This document shows positions 1 through 13,401 of a stretch of 64,000 nucleotides of DNA, one piece after another. Source of the DNA: Azolla caroliniana (taxonomy: Eukaryota; Plantae; Polypodiophyta); the NCBI GenBank assembly GCA_043228905.1, contig JBHGNT010000016.1, positions 17,236,001 through 17,300,000 of the forward strand, read 5' to 3'. The notes beneath the pieces were generated by a model, which was not told the origin of the DNA, ran no database searches, and saw nothing but the letters and a program-made list of their open reading frames with translations. Positions within the stretch are counted from its first letter, which is position 1. Each line of letters opens with the position of its first letter. The translations under genes were made by a program, and so were the position numbers.

Positions 1-3000
1 AAAGGAGAAAGACTCAACTAAATACAAGGTGGGAGGAGGGTGCTTTATATAGTCACCCTCTCTCTTCATTAACTACAAGACTCGTGGAGCATGGGGAAGG
101 TGAAAGCTCATAAGTTATGTGTCACAGAATATGATTCTATGACTCATACTAAATGCTAGAATACAAAGAAGTGACATAATGGTGACTCTTGACCGTTGGA
201 GTGTCTATTCACTCTCAAGGTGAGTTCACACACTAGACCAAGTTGAGCTCGATTCTCAACACGCCCCCTCAAGCTCAAGTCGGGTCGGTTTCAGACGGTA
301 TCCGAAATCTGCTTTGACTCGCGTCGACTCGCATTTATGCGGAGTTGCGGAATCCGTGCTCCAACTTGCGTTGTGCATAGTTGCGAAGTCTGTGCTTTGG
401 CTTGCGTCTTTCTTCACGGCTTTGCGCGGTAGATCGACTCTTCGCGGCTTCATTGCATGGTTGCGTAATCCACGCGTTCTTGCGTAGTGTGTGCGGCTTG
501 CGGAATCCAATCGGCCCAATCGGCGTCTATGTACCCCTCGAGTCGTATTGGCATGGCGGTCTTGTAGAGGATGCCACAATCCATTGTGTTGCTCACGTAT
601 CGTAGAACTCGCTTAGCGCATTCCAAGTGAGTATCACGCGGTGTTTGCATGAATTGGCTAAGGAGGTCGACTAGATAACTGAGATCGGGTCGTGTGATCA
701 TGAGGTAGATGAGACTCCCAATGAGTTGTCGATACTGAGTCGGCTCACACGCTTTGGTGCTGTAGTTCGCATCGAGTTTGAGATTGCGATCGAGCGGGGT
801 TGCCGCGCATTTGCACTCAGCCATCTTGAACTTGTATAACAAGTTGAGGATGTAGTGCCATTGAGAGATCATGATTCCGGCCGGAGTCTGAATTACCTTG
901 ATGCCAAGGAAGTAGTGGAGCTCCTTCATGTTCGTCATCTCGAACTTGTCGGAAAGGAGGGATTTGACCTTATTGATTTCGACGAGATGCTCACCTCCAA
1001 TGACTAGGTCATCCACATATAAAATGATGACGATCGGACTTGTGGAATCGCTTCATATGCAGAGGGAGTTGTCCAATTTTGACATATGGAAGCCGATTTG
1101 ATGAAAATATTGCGTTATCTTCGAATGCCAAGCATGCGGTGCTTGCTTGAGGCCGTAGAGTGGCTTCTTGAGTCGGCATACAGCTTTTGGATGGGTGCTC
1201 GAGTTGAAGCCGGGTGGTTGTATCATGTACACCTCCTCTTCTAATTCACCTTGTAGAAAGGCGTTCTTGACGTCCATTTGATGGAGGTGCCACCCTTTTG
1301 CGGCGGCAAGCGCAATTACGGTCCGCACCGTGGTCATCTTTGCCACCGGGGCAAAGGTCTCTTCGTAGTCGACGCCATGCGTCTGAGCGTATCCTTTCAC
1401 TACGAGTCGAGCTTTGCAGTGGTTTACGGAGCCATCGGCGTTATACTTCACCTTGTAGAGCCATCTGCATCCGATCGCCTTTTTGTGTGGTGAGGTGGGA
1501 ACGAGATCCCACGTCTCGTTCTTGCATAGTGCCTGCATCTCCTCGTTCATGGCTTCGATCCATCGCGGATCCTTGGCTGCTTCGGAAAATGTTTCCGGTT
1601 CGCGTACTATCGCCACTTTCATCATAAAGGCATAGTGATATGCCAAGTAGTCATTGTAGCTGAATCGGCTGACCGGACTCTTTTCACGGGTGGAGCGATG
1701 GAGCTTTTCATTTGTAGAGATGAGGGCTTTCTTAGCTCCAATTGGTACATCGAAGCTGCCGAACTCACTGTTGAGTGAGTGAGTCGACTCATCATCGTCG
1801 AAGCGATCGTCTTCGTATTCCGCCATTTTCATCTTGCCTTTGTCCATCTTCGGGCAAGGCCGTGATGTGCTTTGATCACTCAAAGGCTCTTGTGGTCCGC
1901 TCAGTCGGGTCGTGATCGGACTTTCTTCGAACATGCGCGTGAGGCGATCTTCATCCTCTATCTCTTGTTCGGTGGATTCCGGGTCGAGCGGAGTCAGAGT
2001 CGGAGTTGTCTTTGGTGCATACCAGGATGCAGACTCGTTAAAAATGACGTCTCGACTTACTCAAGATTTTCGAGTTGAAGGGTTGTAGCACTTGTACCCC
2101 TTTTGCGCACTTGTACCCCTTTTTCTCCAGTGAGTATCCTACGAGGATATATTTCTCCGACTTCGGGTCAAGCTTTTGACGCTTCTCGTCGGGGATGTGC
2201 ACGTACGCTATTGCGCCGAATATCCAGGTGTGCGATAAGTCCGGCTTCTTTCCAAAGTATTTTTCGTGCGGAGTGACCTCGTGCATCGGTTCATTAGGTA
2301 GAAGGCCGTATTTGCAGCTTTGGCCCAATATGACTTGGGCATATGCTTCTCAGTCATCATGGCCCGTGCTACTTCGAGGATGTGCCGATTTTTGCGCTCG
2401 GCTACTCCGTTTTGTTGCGGAGTGTGTCGGCAAGTGAATTCTCGCCGAATTCCTTCCTTCGGAGATACACCGTGAAATCGTCCGAGAAGTACTCCTCGCC
2501 GCCATCCGATTGAAGACAATGTACATGTCGGCCCGTGGCTTTCTTGACTTCATTCTTGAAACTTTGGAAGTGTCCAAACACTTCGCTCTTTTGCCGCATC
2601 GGGTATATCCAAGTGTGCTTGGAGGACGTAATATCGGCATCCGCCAAAAGTAGCCATCTGCGCCAGTCCCCATATGTCGGAATGGACTACGTCGAGTAGA
2701 CCTTTGCTCACGTTCCAATCTTTCGGGAATGGGTGTCGGTGTTGCTTGCTGAATTGGCACGCTTCGCATACACCTTCAATCTCCTTCTCTTTGAATATCG
2801 GGAGTCCGATGACGACTCCTTTCGATTTCATTGCTTTGAGTTTGTTGAGATTGATGTGGCTGATTCGCTTATGCCATAGCTCTATGTCAGAGTCGGCTTT
2901 CGTGGTTTTCGTCAACATGGCGGATTTCATCTCGTGTGAATCGAGAATGAACATCCGGCCCTCTCTTCTTTTGCATGCGATGATTCGGCCTTCTTTTTCG

Positions 3001-4552
3001 ATGAAGGACCCTTCTTGGTCGAATCGTACTTGCATCCCTTGCTCAACCATTTGGCTGACCGAGACCAAATTCTTCGTGATGGTGGGAACATGGAAGACAT
3101 TTTTAATGTATGTTCGCTTACCTCTTTCGCCGAACGGAACATTGCCGATGTGCCGAATCGGGTGCGTAGTGTCATCTCCGGTTTTGAAATAACCGGGTCG
3201 CTCCGGTTCTCGAAGTTCGAGAAACCATTCCTTATGGGATGTCATATGGTTTGAGGCTCCGGAATCAACAAACCATACATCCTCCGGATTGAGGGCACTT
3301 GTTGAGGTAGAGGCCGACATAGAGTTTGCTCTATGTTTCATCATGAACATTCCGCCACGGTCGGAGTTGCGTGCATACATTCCGCCACGATCTTCATAGT
3401 CGGAGTTGTTCCCGTACATTCCGCTATACTCTTCGTAGTCGGAATTGTGCGCGTAATTCGTGAGTTGTCGGCTTGTGGAAGCCGATTCACGCATCTTCTT
3501 TCGACACTCTTCTTCGTGGTGGCCGAAATTTCCGCAATATCCGCATTCGGTTGCGTTTTGACGGCTCGGGCCGGAGTGGGAGCTCCCCCTTCTTCCGAAG
3601 GTTCCTCGTTGGCTTCCGTTTTGTGGCCGAAATTGGGAGTTGTTGTCGTAGGTCGGACCTCGTCCGCCTTGTCCTTGGCCGAATCGGCCTCTTGCTCGTC
3701 CGCGTCCTCTTCCTCCGTTCGAGTGCGTGTAGAGCATGTGGCCTTCCGACTCATTGCTCCTTGTACACACATGGTTTTCTTCGACCAATAACATTGATTG
3801 GAGCTCGAAGAAGGAGGGAGATTTCTCCCATGCTAGAATGGCGGTTCGCATCGCACCGAACCGTGGTGCGAGGCCGCTGAGGCATATTTGAACCATCTCA
3901 TCATCATCGATATTTACACTTATTGAGCCGAACGAATCGCAAAGCTCCTTGATCTTCGAGATGTATATCGTGATGGACATGTCCCTTTGTTGAATGTTGT
4001 TCAACTCTTGGCGGAGTTGAAACCTTCTTGCGGTCGTGTTCGCTGCGAAAATCTTTCGTAGATTTTCCCATGCCTCCTTCGGCGTCTTGGCTTCACGAAT
4101 GTAGTCGAGCATGTGATCGTGAACACATGTCGCCAAGCAATACATCACGCGGCTTGCGGCTTGCTCCCATGTCGCACATCTGGGAGCCGCTTCGGCGGGT
4201 CGGTCTTCATGTGCTCCTTTGATGTAGCTCCAATAGCCTTGTCTGACAAGGTATTGGTGCATCTTGTACTCCCAAGATGTGAAGTTGTTTCGATCCAACT
4301 TCTCGGTAGGGAGAGCGCTCCCCATTTGAGTATTCATTACGTCGATTCTTCTTCTTCTTCTTCTCTCTTCGAATGCGAGCTATGTAGCGAAGCTACGATA
4401 GTGATGAGCTAGTTCTTGGTCGTCGGCGTGGAGCACAACACACGATCACGATGAGGCGAATGGGCTAGATCGAGCTACCAAATCGCTCTGATACCATGTA
4501 AAGAATCAGATATGATTCTTGTGTAGCGGAATAGGTGTGAACTGTGTGTGTG

Positions 4553-4599
<47 letters not shown>

Positions 4600-4898
4600 T
4601 AAGACATAGAATATATGCAAGGTAAGAGTATATTAAAAAAGGAGAAAGAATCAACTAAATACAAGGGGGGAGGAGGGTGCTTTATATAGTCACCCTCTCT
4701 CTTCATTAACTACAAGACTCATGGAGCATGGGGAATGTGAAAGCTCATAAGTTATGTGTCATAGAATATGATTCTATGACTCATACTAAATGCTAGAATA
4801 CAAAGAGGTGACATAATGGTGACTCTTGACCATTGGAGTGTCTATTCATTCTCAAGGTGAGTTCACACACTAGACCAAGTTGAGCTTGATTGTCAGTA
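1..4898 (-). mobile_element. Ty1/Copia LTR retrotransposon 'Copia-A', copy 1 (degenerate; 3' LTR cut by window edge)
   Basis: 3' LTR <1-261; PPT GAGGGGGCG 262-270; PBS TGGTATCAGAGC (tRNA-iMet) 4485-4496; 5' LTR 4497-4898 with (GA)n. Domain order gag-PR-INT-RT. Confidence 0.96.
450..4337 (-). pseudogene. Copia-A gag-pol, frameshifted, RNase H deleted
   Basis: Zinc knuckle CGYCGNFGHHEEEC; protease WFVDSGASNHMT; GAG-pre-integrase LWHKRISH; integrase SDGG/PQQNGVAERKNR; RT KARLV, QMDVKNAFL, LYGLKQ, YVDD. Split over several frames; after DADWA it jumps to the 3' UTR. Confidence 0.94.
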
Positions 4899-5368
4899 GT
4901 TACGATACGAGATGTACGAGTGATTGATAAGTGTGATAAGTGAGGGTGAAAGATGTAATGTGTTGATATGTATGTGTAATGTTATACGATTATGAGTGTG
5001 AATGTAAGTGTGAGTGTGGTGGATACAAAGAGGTGTGAGTGAGTCATTAGGTGTGACTAGGGGAATGCCCCTTTGTACCTATTTAACCCCTTATGGGGAA
5101 TGAATGAATACAAGGAACATTTCTCTCTCAATCTCTCAATCTCTCTCTCTCTCTCTCTCTCTCCTTACGTTGAACCCCTTGGCAGAGGGGTGGAGCCATT
5201 CTAGGCACCACCCCCCCACCCCGCAATGCTTCTCGATGCACACCATCTCTCTCACCATCAATCCCCTAACGCTCATCGTCCTTATCAAACACATAATCTC
5301 CATCACCAACCATCATTATCATAATCATACTATCGTAATCCTCTACCCTAACCCTAAAACATACAACA
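4899..5368 (+). mobile_element. Solo LTR of an unrelated family (host of Copia-A), copy 1
   Basis: In copy 2 it reconstructs as TGTTA...CAACA with TSD GGAAG/GGAAC; TATA-like CCTATTTAA and (TC)n inside. Confidence 0.7.
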
Positions 5369-5373
5369 GGAAC

Positions 5374-6729
5374 CATATGATTAGGAGAGACAGAAGGGAC
5401 GAGATCGACACGAGTTCGACGAATGGGTGGCATCGGAGAAGACCCACCGAAGCGCAACACAAGCATTCCTAGAGTTTGAGCATCGTTTTGCTCGACTCTC
5501 GGAGCGGGAACAAAGATTTGTGTGGAAAAATAAAGTCCTAATGTTCGTAAAGTCGATCGATCGGAAGGAAAGAATGGACATCGGGATCAAACTTGAAGAC
5601 GATGATGGTGCAAATGGTCTCACCGAGGATTGGGCCGAAGTCGAAAGAGTATGCCAAAGACATGATAAGAGGAAAACGAGAATCTCATTAGCAACAACAT
5701 GGTCCATGAAGGATGGTTGATTAAGGATGAACGATGTGGCTGATACAAAGACCGAAGTACGATACAAAGGTACGACAATAGAGGGCGTGGAAAAAGCTAC
5801 CCTCTTGTCTTGCAAAAGAATGATGGCCAAGGATAAGACCGATGACTTGAGAGTGGCGAACACCACTTCAAGGGTGGAAGAAGGTTTTGGGACACGAGTT
5901 TCCGAAACATTGAGTGAAAAAGGGGAAAGCATAATTGATGCTTGCACGATCGAGGAGGGAAAGAGTATGAATCCTATGGAGTTGAAGAGATAGGCACAGA
6001 TAACAACATCGAGGCGAAGGTGGCTAAGGATGATTCGATGGAGGACGGTAATACCGAGGATTCCTTCCCACTAATTCAAGAGACTTCGGCAGTTGCATCT
6101 GAGACAGAAGAGACAGAAGGTGGCAGAGAGGAAACGAAGGTTGGAGCCAATGCATGTGACGGAGAGATAATCAAGAAGGTGGCTATGGATGAGTCAATGG
6201 CGGATGGCCGAGGCGAGACTTTCCAAACACTAATTCTAGAGACTTCGGTAGTTGCATTTGAGAGGCAACGTGAGACCGGAGAGACGGAAGATGGCAGTGG
6301 GAAAGTGGAAGACCAAGACAATGTGAGCTATAAGCACGAGGTGATTGTGATTGATCAAAGACATAGGATTGTTAAGACTCTCTCATCACTATATAAGGAT
6401 GTGGAGCACAATGGAATAAGGGGAAATAAATAATGGGGTGATGATTATTAGGGTCCAAATATTGATTAATATAATACTTGTGGGATTCACGAGGTTTTTT
6501 ATCTCTCTTTTCCAATCTATTCCTATCGATTCCAATCGAATCCAAGTATAATTAGGGTTAAATATTAATAAAACTAAAAAACTATATTCGTGGGATTCAC
6601 AAATTTCTATCTCTCTTTCTTATAATCTATTTATATTCTTATTAGCCTTAAAAATCTCCTCCTCCTAGTCCAAAACCCCAGCGGTTCCCACCCGACTCAC
6701 GCAACGATCTGGCGCCGAAAGGCACGACA
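5374..6729 (+). mobile_element. 3' part of gag-only tRNA-Trp-primed LTR element, copy 1 (gag C-terminus, acidic repeats, 5'-truncated 3' LTR 6370-6729)
   Basis: Gag-like FDEWVASEKTHRSATQAFLEFEHRFARLSEREQ; 6370-6729 matches 25089-25458 and the reverse complement of 15529-15853; ends GCACGACA. Confidence 0.8.
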
Positions 6730-6951
6730 ACATGATCCTCGAGTAGCTTTGATGTGAACCTTTTTCCTATACATGGGCACTTTTTACTCTAGTGCTGGCA
6801 AGAGGTTTTTTCCCCATGTTACCATATACATGACTCACTCATATGTGGTGGTACTTAGTACTTAGGGATATATAGTTCAACTCTTACTAGTTTTGTTTTA
6901 TTCATTAATAGAGAGAGCTATTCCAGCCATTGTCTTCTCTATGGGAGTGCT

Positions 6952-7029
6952 ACATTTGTGCTTCTTGTGTGTCTCTCACTCTTCCACACAACATTTGTGC
7001 TTCTTGTGTGTCTCTCACTCTTCCACACA
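6952..7029. repeat. 39-bp perfect tandem duplication (also 32920-32997)
   Basis: acatttgtgcttcttgtgtgtctctcactcttccacaca x2. Confidence 0.95.
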
Positions 7030-7038
7030 CACCCAACA

Positions 7039-7767
7039 TCATTTGACTAGATGACCTTCGGGAAGACCAGTAGGATATGTCCCTATCATCGTTATAGTCA
7101 TCTAATGCAATATCGGCTTGGAAAACAACACATAATACATGATCGACACCTTGAAATCAACAATAAGAAGATAGCGGCTCAGCAAGAGCTGAACATTTTG
7201 CATATTTTTGAGGACTTCTAGTTGGAAATTTTTGTGGGTCCCACCATGCAAGGCACTATCCCACGGGCGTGCCATGTGTTGGCCGGGTAGGACAGACAAA
7301 GTGTGAAAGGGGCCGTAGGGACAAGCACAAGTCGTAACTAATATTGGTGGGGCCGGACAGATGGTTGATAGTAGGGGAGCTGACCAGGAATAGGGATGAG
7401 TCAGACAAACAAAAGTAACGTGTGTAAATAATTAGATATAGTAGTAACAGATCACGTCCTTCTCGTAATCATCCATGTTTCCTATAAAAAGGGGCATGTA
7501 GTCTTGTAAAAAGCTATTGACGGTTTGTATTGAGTAGAAGTGTCTGTTTGCATAAGCTCTGTGTTTGAGCTCCGAGTCGTTCTTCCATTTACATTGTGAA
7601 CTGGGGGGGTAAGCCGATCGGTTGTAGCTGACTCAGGCCTAGCTTAGACGCGCATAGTGTAATCAGTCGGTCAGGTATCCTTTTGTGTGAGTATACCTTT
7701 ACGTAAATCGGTGTAAAGTTTACTGTCCGTCATGCAACCATTTAGTATTTCCCACCCTCCGACCACA
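7039..7767 (+). mobile_element. 3' remnant of an old Gypsy element: end of internal region plus LTR ~7277-7767, copy 1
   Basis: CAAGGCACTATCCCACGGGCGTGCCATG|TGTT matches the pre-LTR motif of the intact Gypsy (reverse complement of 49828-49855); TATA CCTATAAAA at ~7481; ends CCGACCACA; paralogous to 24186-24560. Confidence 0.65.
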
Positions 7768-8642
7768 ATACGTTGATAGGATACTTAGGGAATAAGTATT
7801 CGACCTGTGTTACTCGGGAGGAGTAATAGTCCCATGCATCTCCCCTTAACAAAGGCAGATCCCTCTTCGTCTAATCTCCGACAAGCACGAATCCTCAACC
7901 CTCCTTGACTCTTTGGTCAGAGATCCCTTAAAAAGAAAAACATAAGTACGTTTTCAATTATGTTATGTATTATGGCTTATGTTGTGAATTATTATTTTTG
8001 TGATTTGATTTATATGATTAGGGTATAGAATATAACTAATATTATAAGAATGTGATTGAACCTTGGAATGGAAGATAATTTAGTATTACATTTTTAAATT
8101 TTTTCCAATTGATAACATTTTTCATTCTTAGTATTTTAGGTTACATATTAAGTTGTTAAGCTCGGTTAAACAATGTTTTAGGCTACAACTAAAGTTGTTA
8201 AAATGATCAAAATCTAATATTCCCATGACTACAGTGATAAAGAGTATTGGAGTTATAAATGTCAGAAACGTTACAAACATATAATAGGGGGCCCAGTAAA
8301 AGCTAAGCTTGGAGTTATTGTCATGGGTTCAACTTTGACAGAAGGCAAATTTCAAACTAGTTTAATATGTAAATATCTTAAAATAAAGCAAATAGTTGAG
8401 AATGAGTATGCATGAAAAGTTGGATAAAATCAACATAAATAAATCATTTTGGATCGCCATTTTGTCATGATTCACGTTTTCAAGGAGGATAAATATAAAG
8501 TAGAAAGATCATTGAGAGCACTTTCTCGGGCCTCTAACTTAAAACAAGTGGGGTTATTATATAGAACATTACACATGTGTGAGATATGTATAGGAGAGAC
8601 AATGGTGATGGAGCGGGTAGATATGAAGAATAATAGGAAGGA

Positions 8643-9851
8643 GTGCCATGGCTGTTGCTGCGGCCGAATGGTTCAAGATGTTTCCTCATCCAGGGTCCCG
8701 TAGCTACCATCATATTCAATGCTCCTGCAACTAAGCACGAATTCATAGGATACCTGAAATTCATGGAGAACGCAACACCACCTTCTCTAACCAAAACCCA
8801 TCGAAATAGGAGTATCAGTAGGTGTCTTTGTGCTTATTATCGCCGTATTCGTGGGTGGAGGATATGTGCACAGGAGACGAAGATTACAAGCCAGAAGAAG
8901 GGAAGATTATGAGATCGAAAAGGAGCTCCTCGGCGACTCAATTCTGGGCTCGACGATTCACATGGAAGGAGATGCACGAATACACGTGTGGCTTCTCGGA
9001 CCTGCTCGGGGGCGGTGGTTTCGGCAATGTCTTCCGAGGAGCTATGGACGATGGCACGCCAATTTCCGTGAAGCAACTCATCAATGGAGGTCTACAAGGG
9101 AATAAAGAGTTCATAGCCGAGGTCTCAATTCTGGGCCGGACTCACCACCTTCAACTTGTTCGCTTGGTTGGCTACTGCCTGGAAGGTGGCACGGACAAGC
9201 TCCTAGTGTATGAATACATGGAAAACGGCTCATTGGATGCTTGGATCTTCAGTAAAACCCCCAATGTGGCTCCAGAATCCGAGGAGATTAAGGCCGATAA
9301 GAAGCGGAGACCGATCTTGCCATGGGAGTGGAGGTTCGACATAACCCTGGGTACCGCAAAAGGGTTGGCCTACTTGCACGAAGAATGTGAGGACAGGATC
9401 ATACACATGGATCTCAAGCCGCAGAATATACTCTTGGGAGCTGATTTCTTCCCTAAGATATCGGATTTCGGGATGTCGCGGAGGGTGGTACGGGACGAAC
9501 AGAGTGCGGTAGTGACGATGATGAGGGGAACCCCCGGGTACTTGGTGCCCGAGTGGCTAACAGACGGGGCCCGATCCTAAGAGCCTGCCGAGCATGAGCA
9601 GTGTGGTGGAGATGCTGGAAGGAAAGGTGGAGATCATACCCCATGGCCCCATTGATGACAACGACCAGATGGGGCTCTTAATTCCGAGTGAGAAGATAGG
9701 GCTAGAAGAACTAGAGCTAGATGGAGAGTCTTGGAAATCCGGGGGCAACTCGATGATGATGAGTAAGTCGAGGAAATCGATTTTCAGTAGCAAGACATCA
9801 TATAAATATATGGAAATCTCGAGGTCCCAGGAATACATGGATTCACTCTAG
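8643..9851 (+). pseudogene. S-domain (SD-2-like) non-RD receptor-like Ser/Thr kinase pseudogene, copy 1
   Basis: PAN-like tail RCFLIQG..FIGYLKF; TM IGVSVGVFVLIIAVFVGGGY followed by RRRR; kinase GGGGFG, ISVK, EFIAEV, LLVYEYM, HMDLKPQN, DFG, GTPGYL.PEW. Two frameshifts, subdomains IX-X deleted, subdomain XI (PSMSSVVEMLEG) in another frame; intronless; 5' ectodomain missing. Confidence 0.9.
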
Positions 9852-12321
9852 CTCACTCATCATTTATATAAGAAAAAATAAGAAGAAAAACATAGTGATT
9901 GTGATGGACTATTCAATTAACGCTCACGATATTACTAAGGTATAATAATAATTGTAAAAGGCTTCTTCCAAATTGCAATATTCATCCATCAAAACTCCTT
10001 TTGTCCTATTTCCACAACCTAAGAAACTATTTGGGAAAACGACCGTCAAAAACTAATTGACAAGTACACACAACTAAATGACATGGTTTCTATTTTCCCT
10101 TCATTTCCGTTTATTAGATATCGGTATGAAAAAATACATAGAAAACCCTATTCTATTTCGGGTACACTCGTCTTGCAAAATGATTGACAATGTCAATCTC
10201 TAAATTTTCTTCACCGTCATAGTCGAATAACTAAACCCCAAGTTTACAACAAACTTCGTTTCAAGTGAAAACATTTTCGCCAGACATCTAAAAGCAAAGG
10301 ATATTGGCATCCATGGATGTTTGGAGCACATCTCCTTCCAATTACATCGGAATGAACCACCTTTGATATTTGTTTCTTCTTGTCCTACTTCTACCTTGAC
10401 TTAGTACTAAGAAGAAGGTATGAAGATTTACCTATATGTGTGAGCAATGCGTAAAATTGATGGAGAAGAGAAGTCTGCCACAAATAACAGAAGTTGGTTG
10501 TGGTGCTCGTTGAGATCAACAATGTCTCAAGCACAAAACCAAAGAACAAGTAAACGCCCTCGGATGTCAGGCTTCAAAGCAACTCAATGTGGTGTAGAAA
10601 CTATGGTTGGGGTAGCACGCTTCACACCCACATTTAAACCCTTTGACCTCCCGCGTCATTTCGAGAAAGTTGGATGGAAATGAAACTAGGTCTAGTATAA
10701 TGTCATTTCCTTTATAGAATATGTTATTCCATAACATGCATTGTACAATACTAGAACTCATTTGGCTTATGTTCTATTTTAGTTTCGATGATCAGGTAAA
10801 CACCCATTTTTTGTTGTAAACCAATTTTCTCATGGGCCAATTTTAATCTTCGAAGACGTTACTATATCTTTCTTTCTCTGCCTCTTTGTTTTCCCTTAGT
10901 CTCTCTATGTTTCTTTCACGTTGTTTTCACTCTCAAATTTTTTTATTTTTTCAACCAAAAAGTGGAAAGGGTTTTTGTTTCTTTTTTATTATTACTCTGT
11001 ACCCCTTGGTAGTGGCATAGGAACAATAAGTAAAAGGTAGACCAACATTCACACAAATGATCCCTACCTTTTTACTTATAGCATTTTAGTTACGAGTTCC
11101 ACTTGAGTAGAAAATCCCTACTCAAATATTGAATTAAATTTCCTTCCTCTAAGAAACATTGAACTAAATCTCCTCCCTCTTGTATAAAGCTTTTGCATAT
11201 AGAACTATTCTTACTGTTTTTGGCCTTTCAATATAAGTGTATCTGGCACTTTGAATATAAACTTGTTTGTGCCTTTTAATATAAGTAGGCAAGGTGTACA
11301 TTTTTTAGTTTTGAATGAATATCCAACAAAAGCATAGAATGGGATACACAAACAATCCTAGGGACTCCACTATATGTACTAAGATTGTATCATGTGCATT
11401 CATGACATCATTTATAAACCAATTATACATATGTTTTTTACTATTGTATTGACCCTTTTGTAGAAAAAAGATTAATAAAAATACCCCTTATTAGCAATAT
11501 CTTTTTTGATAACCCCATTTTTTAAATGCCCTAAGATATAAAATATACGTACACAGATAGTTTCCAATCCTAGAAGGCATCAATGACCCTCTTTACAATT
11601 GATGACTTTCAAAATTATGAATGAACATTAACATTATATGCAAATCCTTAGGAATGCTTCACAAGGTACCACATAAATTGAAAACACAATGTGTAAAGTA
11701 CAAAGTAATGCACATACAATTAGGAAACATTACCCACAAACACTAGAGGTATAACATACATAAGTGACATAAATGTTTATTTTATAGATTATTGAGACAT
11801 ATGAAGAATGTAAAGTGATAAAAAACAATGTAACTTACAAAAAACAATCTTGAACTTGACATATATATCTCAAAGACCACACATAGAACAATCCAAATGA
11901 ATATCAATGTTGAAATTACTAACAAATTAACATTACAGTTGTTTCATGGATAGACTCAAAAGTAGACACAGCATCTTGTTTTCGCAAATATATTGATCAA
12001 ACAAATGACAACATAACTTATATTTCCATTTGAAATGTATGACATCATCTGTGCACATATTTCTTACCAAATCAAAATGAAATAAAATAGACCATTTGGT
12101 TATTGAATGTCTACTTCAAAAACTTATTACAATAAAGGTAACCCTCATAAAGACCAACAATATAAATAGAAAAACCTAAAAAGTTGATTTCAGGTTGTAA
12201 ATTTCATGTTGTTTCCATGTTCAATGTTGGACCTATATTATGGCATTTAACAACAAAGGCAAACAATCTAAATATACATGGAAGTTGGCCCAAACATGGG
12301 CGTCAACCTTACCATCTTTGG

Positions 12322-12818
12322 ATGAGGATCCTAACGTGGAATGTACAAGGCCTTGCTGGAGGCCGACAACACCAAGAGTGCTGAAGACTTCGGGAGGAGT
12401 TGAATCCCATTAATATTGGGGGCAACATTGACATATTGCTTTTGCAGCAACACCACCTCTCTCAAGAGAGAGCTTAGAGCCTAGTAAACCCCTTGTCGAG
12501 CGGGTGGACCACGTGGTGGTCGGCTGCACAGGGTGACCTCCACCAAAGGGTAGGGTTCTACGATCAACAATAAGGCCTGATATAAAGTAACATCACATCG
12601 CACGCTAGTGGTGGGTAGAGCCTTATATGTGCTTTTAAATAGGAATCTCCTACAGATTGGGGTGCTACACATTTTTGCCCCTAACTCATCCCCCGAGAGA
12701 GCAATCTTCTGGAGGTTGTTAGTGACAACATTACTTGATACATAAGCCTGGGTAATGGCCGATGATTTCAACATGGCTGAGAACCTGGGAGATAGGAAAG
12801 GGGGACCCAAAGATTGAT
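12322..12818 (+). mobile_element. L1-type LINE ORF2 APE endonuclease remnant, copy 1
   Basis: MRILTWNVQGL; later DILLLQQHHL, IFAPNS, MADDFN (GDFN-like); many stops. Confidence 0.8.
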
Positions 12819-13070
12819 TCATTCTAGTGACGGGATATCACTTTCCCATTCAATTTCAAAAAACTCTCGTGAGAGACCATGGGGGTTGAGGGATGTTCCT
12901 CTCCGCAATTCCCAGAGCGCTTCCGAGAGTTCTAATCGAGAAATGGGGGTATCAAGAACAATTTCCATTTCTTGGGTTGCCTTGGGGTGAATGCAAGTCA
13001 TCACCCTATCATCCAGCTCCGTGGTTTGCCTCACATGCATAGGTGCGAGTAGATCTTGATAGTATTGCAT
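12819..13070 (-). mobile_element. LINE ORF2 EN-RT linker fragment, inverted, copy 1
   Basis: YYQDLL..LDTPISRLELSEAL..GTSLNPHGLSREFF..W resembles the L1 KSPGPDG..EFY..W block. Confidence 0.7.
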
Positions 13071-13073
13071 TTC

Positions 13074-13362
13074 TATTGAACAAGCAAGCTCAACTGGAGC
13101 TAGATCGGTGTCCGGATGGAATCCGAAACGAGGAGCCGGATCAGAGAGTCAGATCAGATTGAAACCGGTAGGCCGTTAGAGGCCTAAGGATCTAGTCTAG
13201 TACATAGGCATATTTTTGGGAGTCAGTGTCAGTGGCTCGTATGAGCATTGAAGTACCTGTCAATACTTCTCTCAGTCCTTTATGGACTTGTATAATAGTG
13301 CTCTCTGAGCACATTCTATGTACATAGAGGATTATTATTTTTTAACATAGTTTTCATGTTCT

Positions 13363-13401
<39 letters not shown>

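Noticed and set aside
256-4706. Many 60-190 aa overlapping or antisense ORFs and SLSLSL ORFs (here and throughout)
   Set aside because: Shadow frames of retroelement genes or translations of (GA)n/(TC)n microsatellites.
4891-4900. New element starting TGTCAG and truncating the Copia LTR
   Set aside because: GATTGTCAGTA is the mutated LTR end (GATTCTCAACA) and is followed by the expected TSD.
5345-5358. Telomere-like ACCCTAACCCTAAA
   Set aside because: Only two imperfect units, inside an LTR.
11128-11290. Short spaced direct repeats resembling a CRISPR array
   Set aside because: Only 2-3 degenerate AT-rich units, no unique spacers, eukaryotic context and no cas genes.
9900-12300. Short ORFs or possible minus-strand exons in the AT-rich interval (e.g. 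10447-10761)
   Set aside because: No recognisable domain and frequent stops; no call can be supported.
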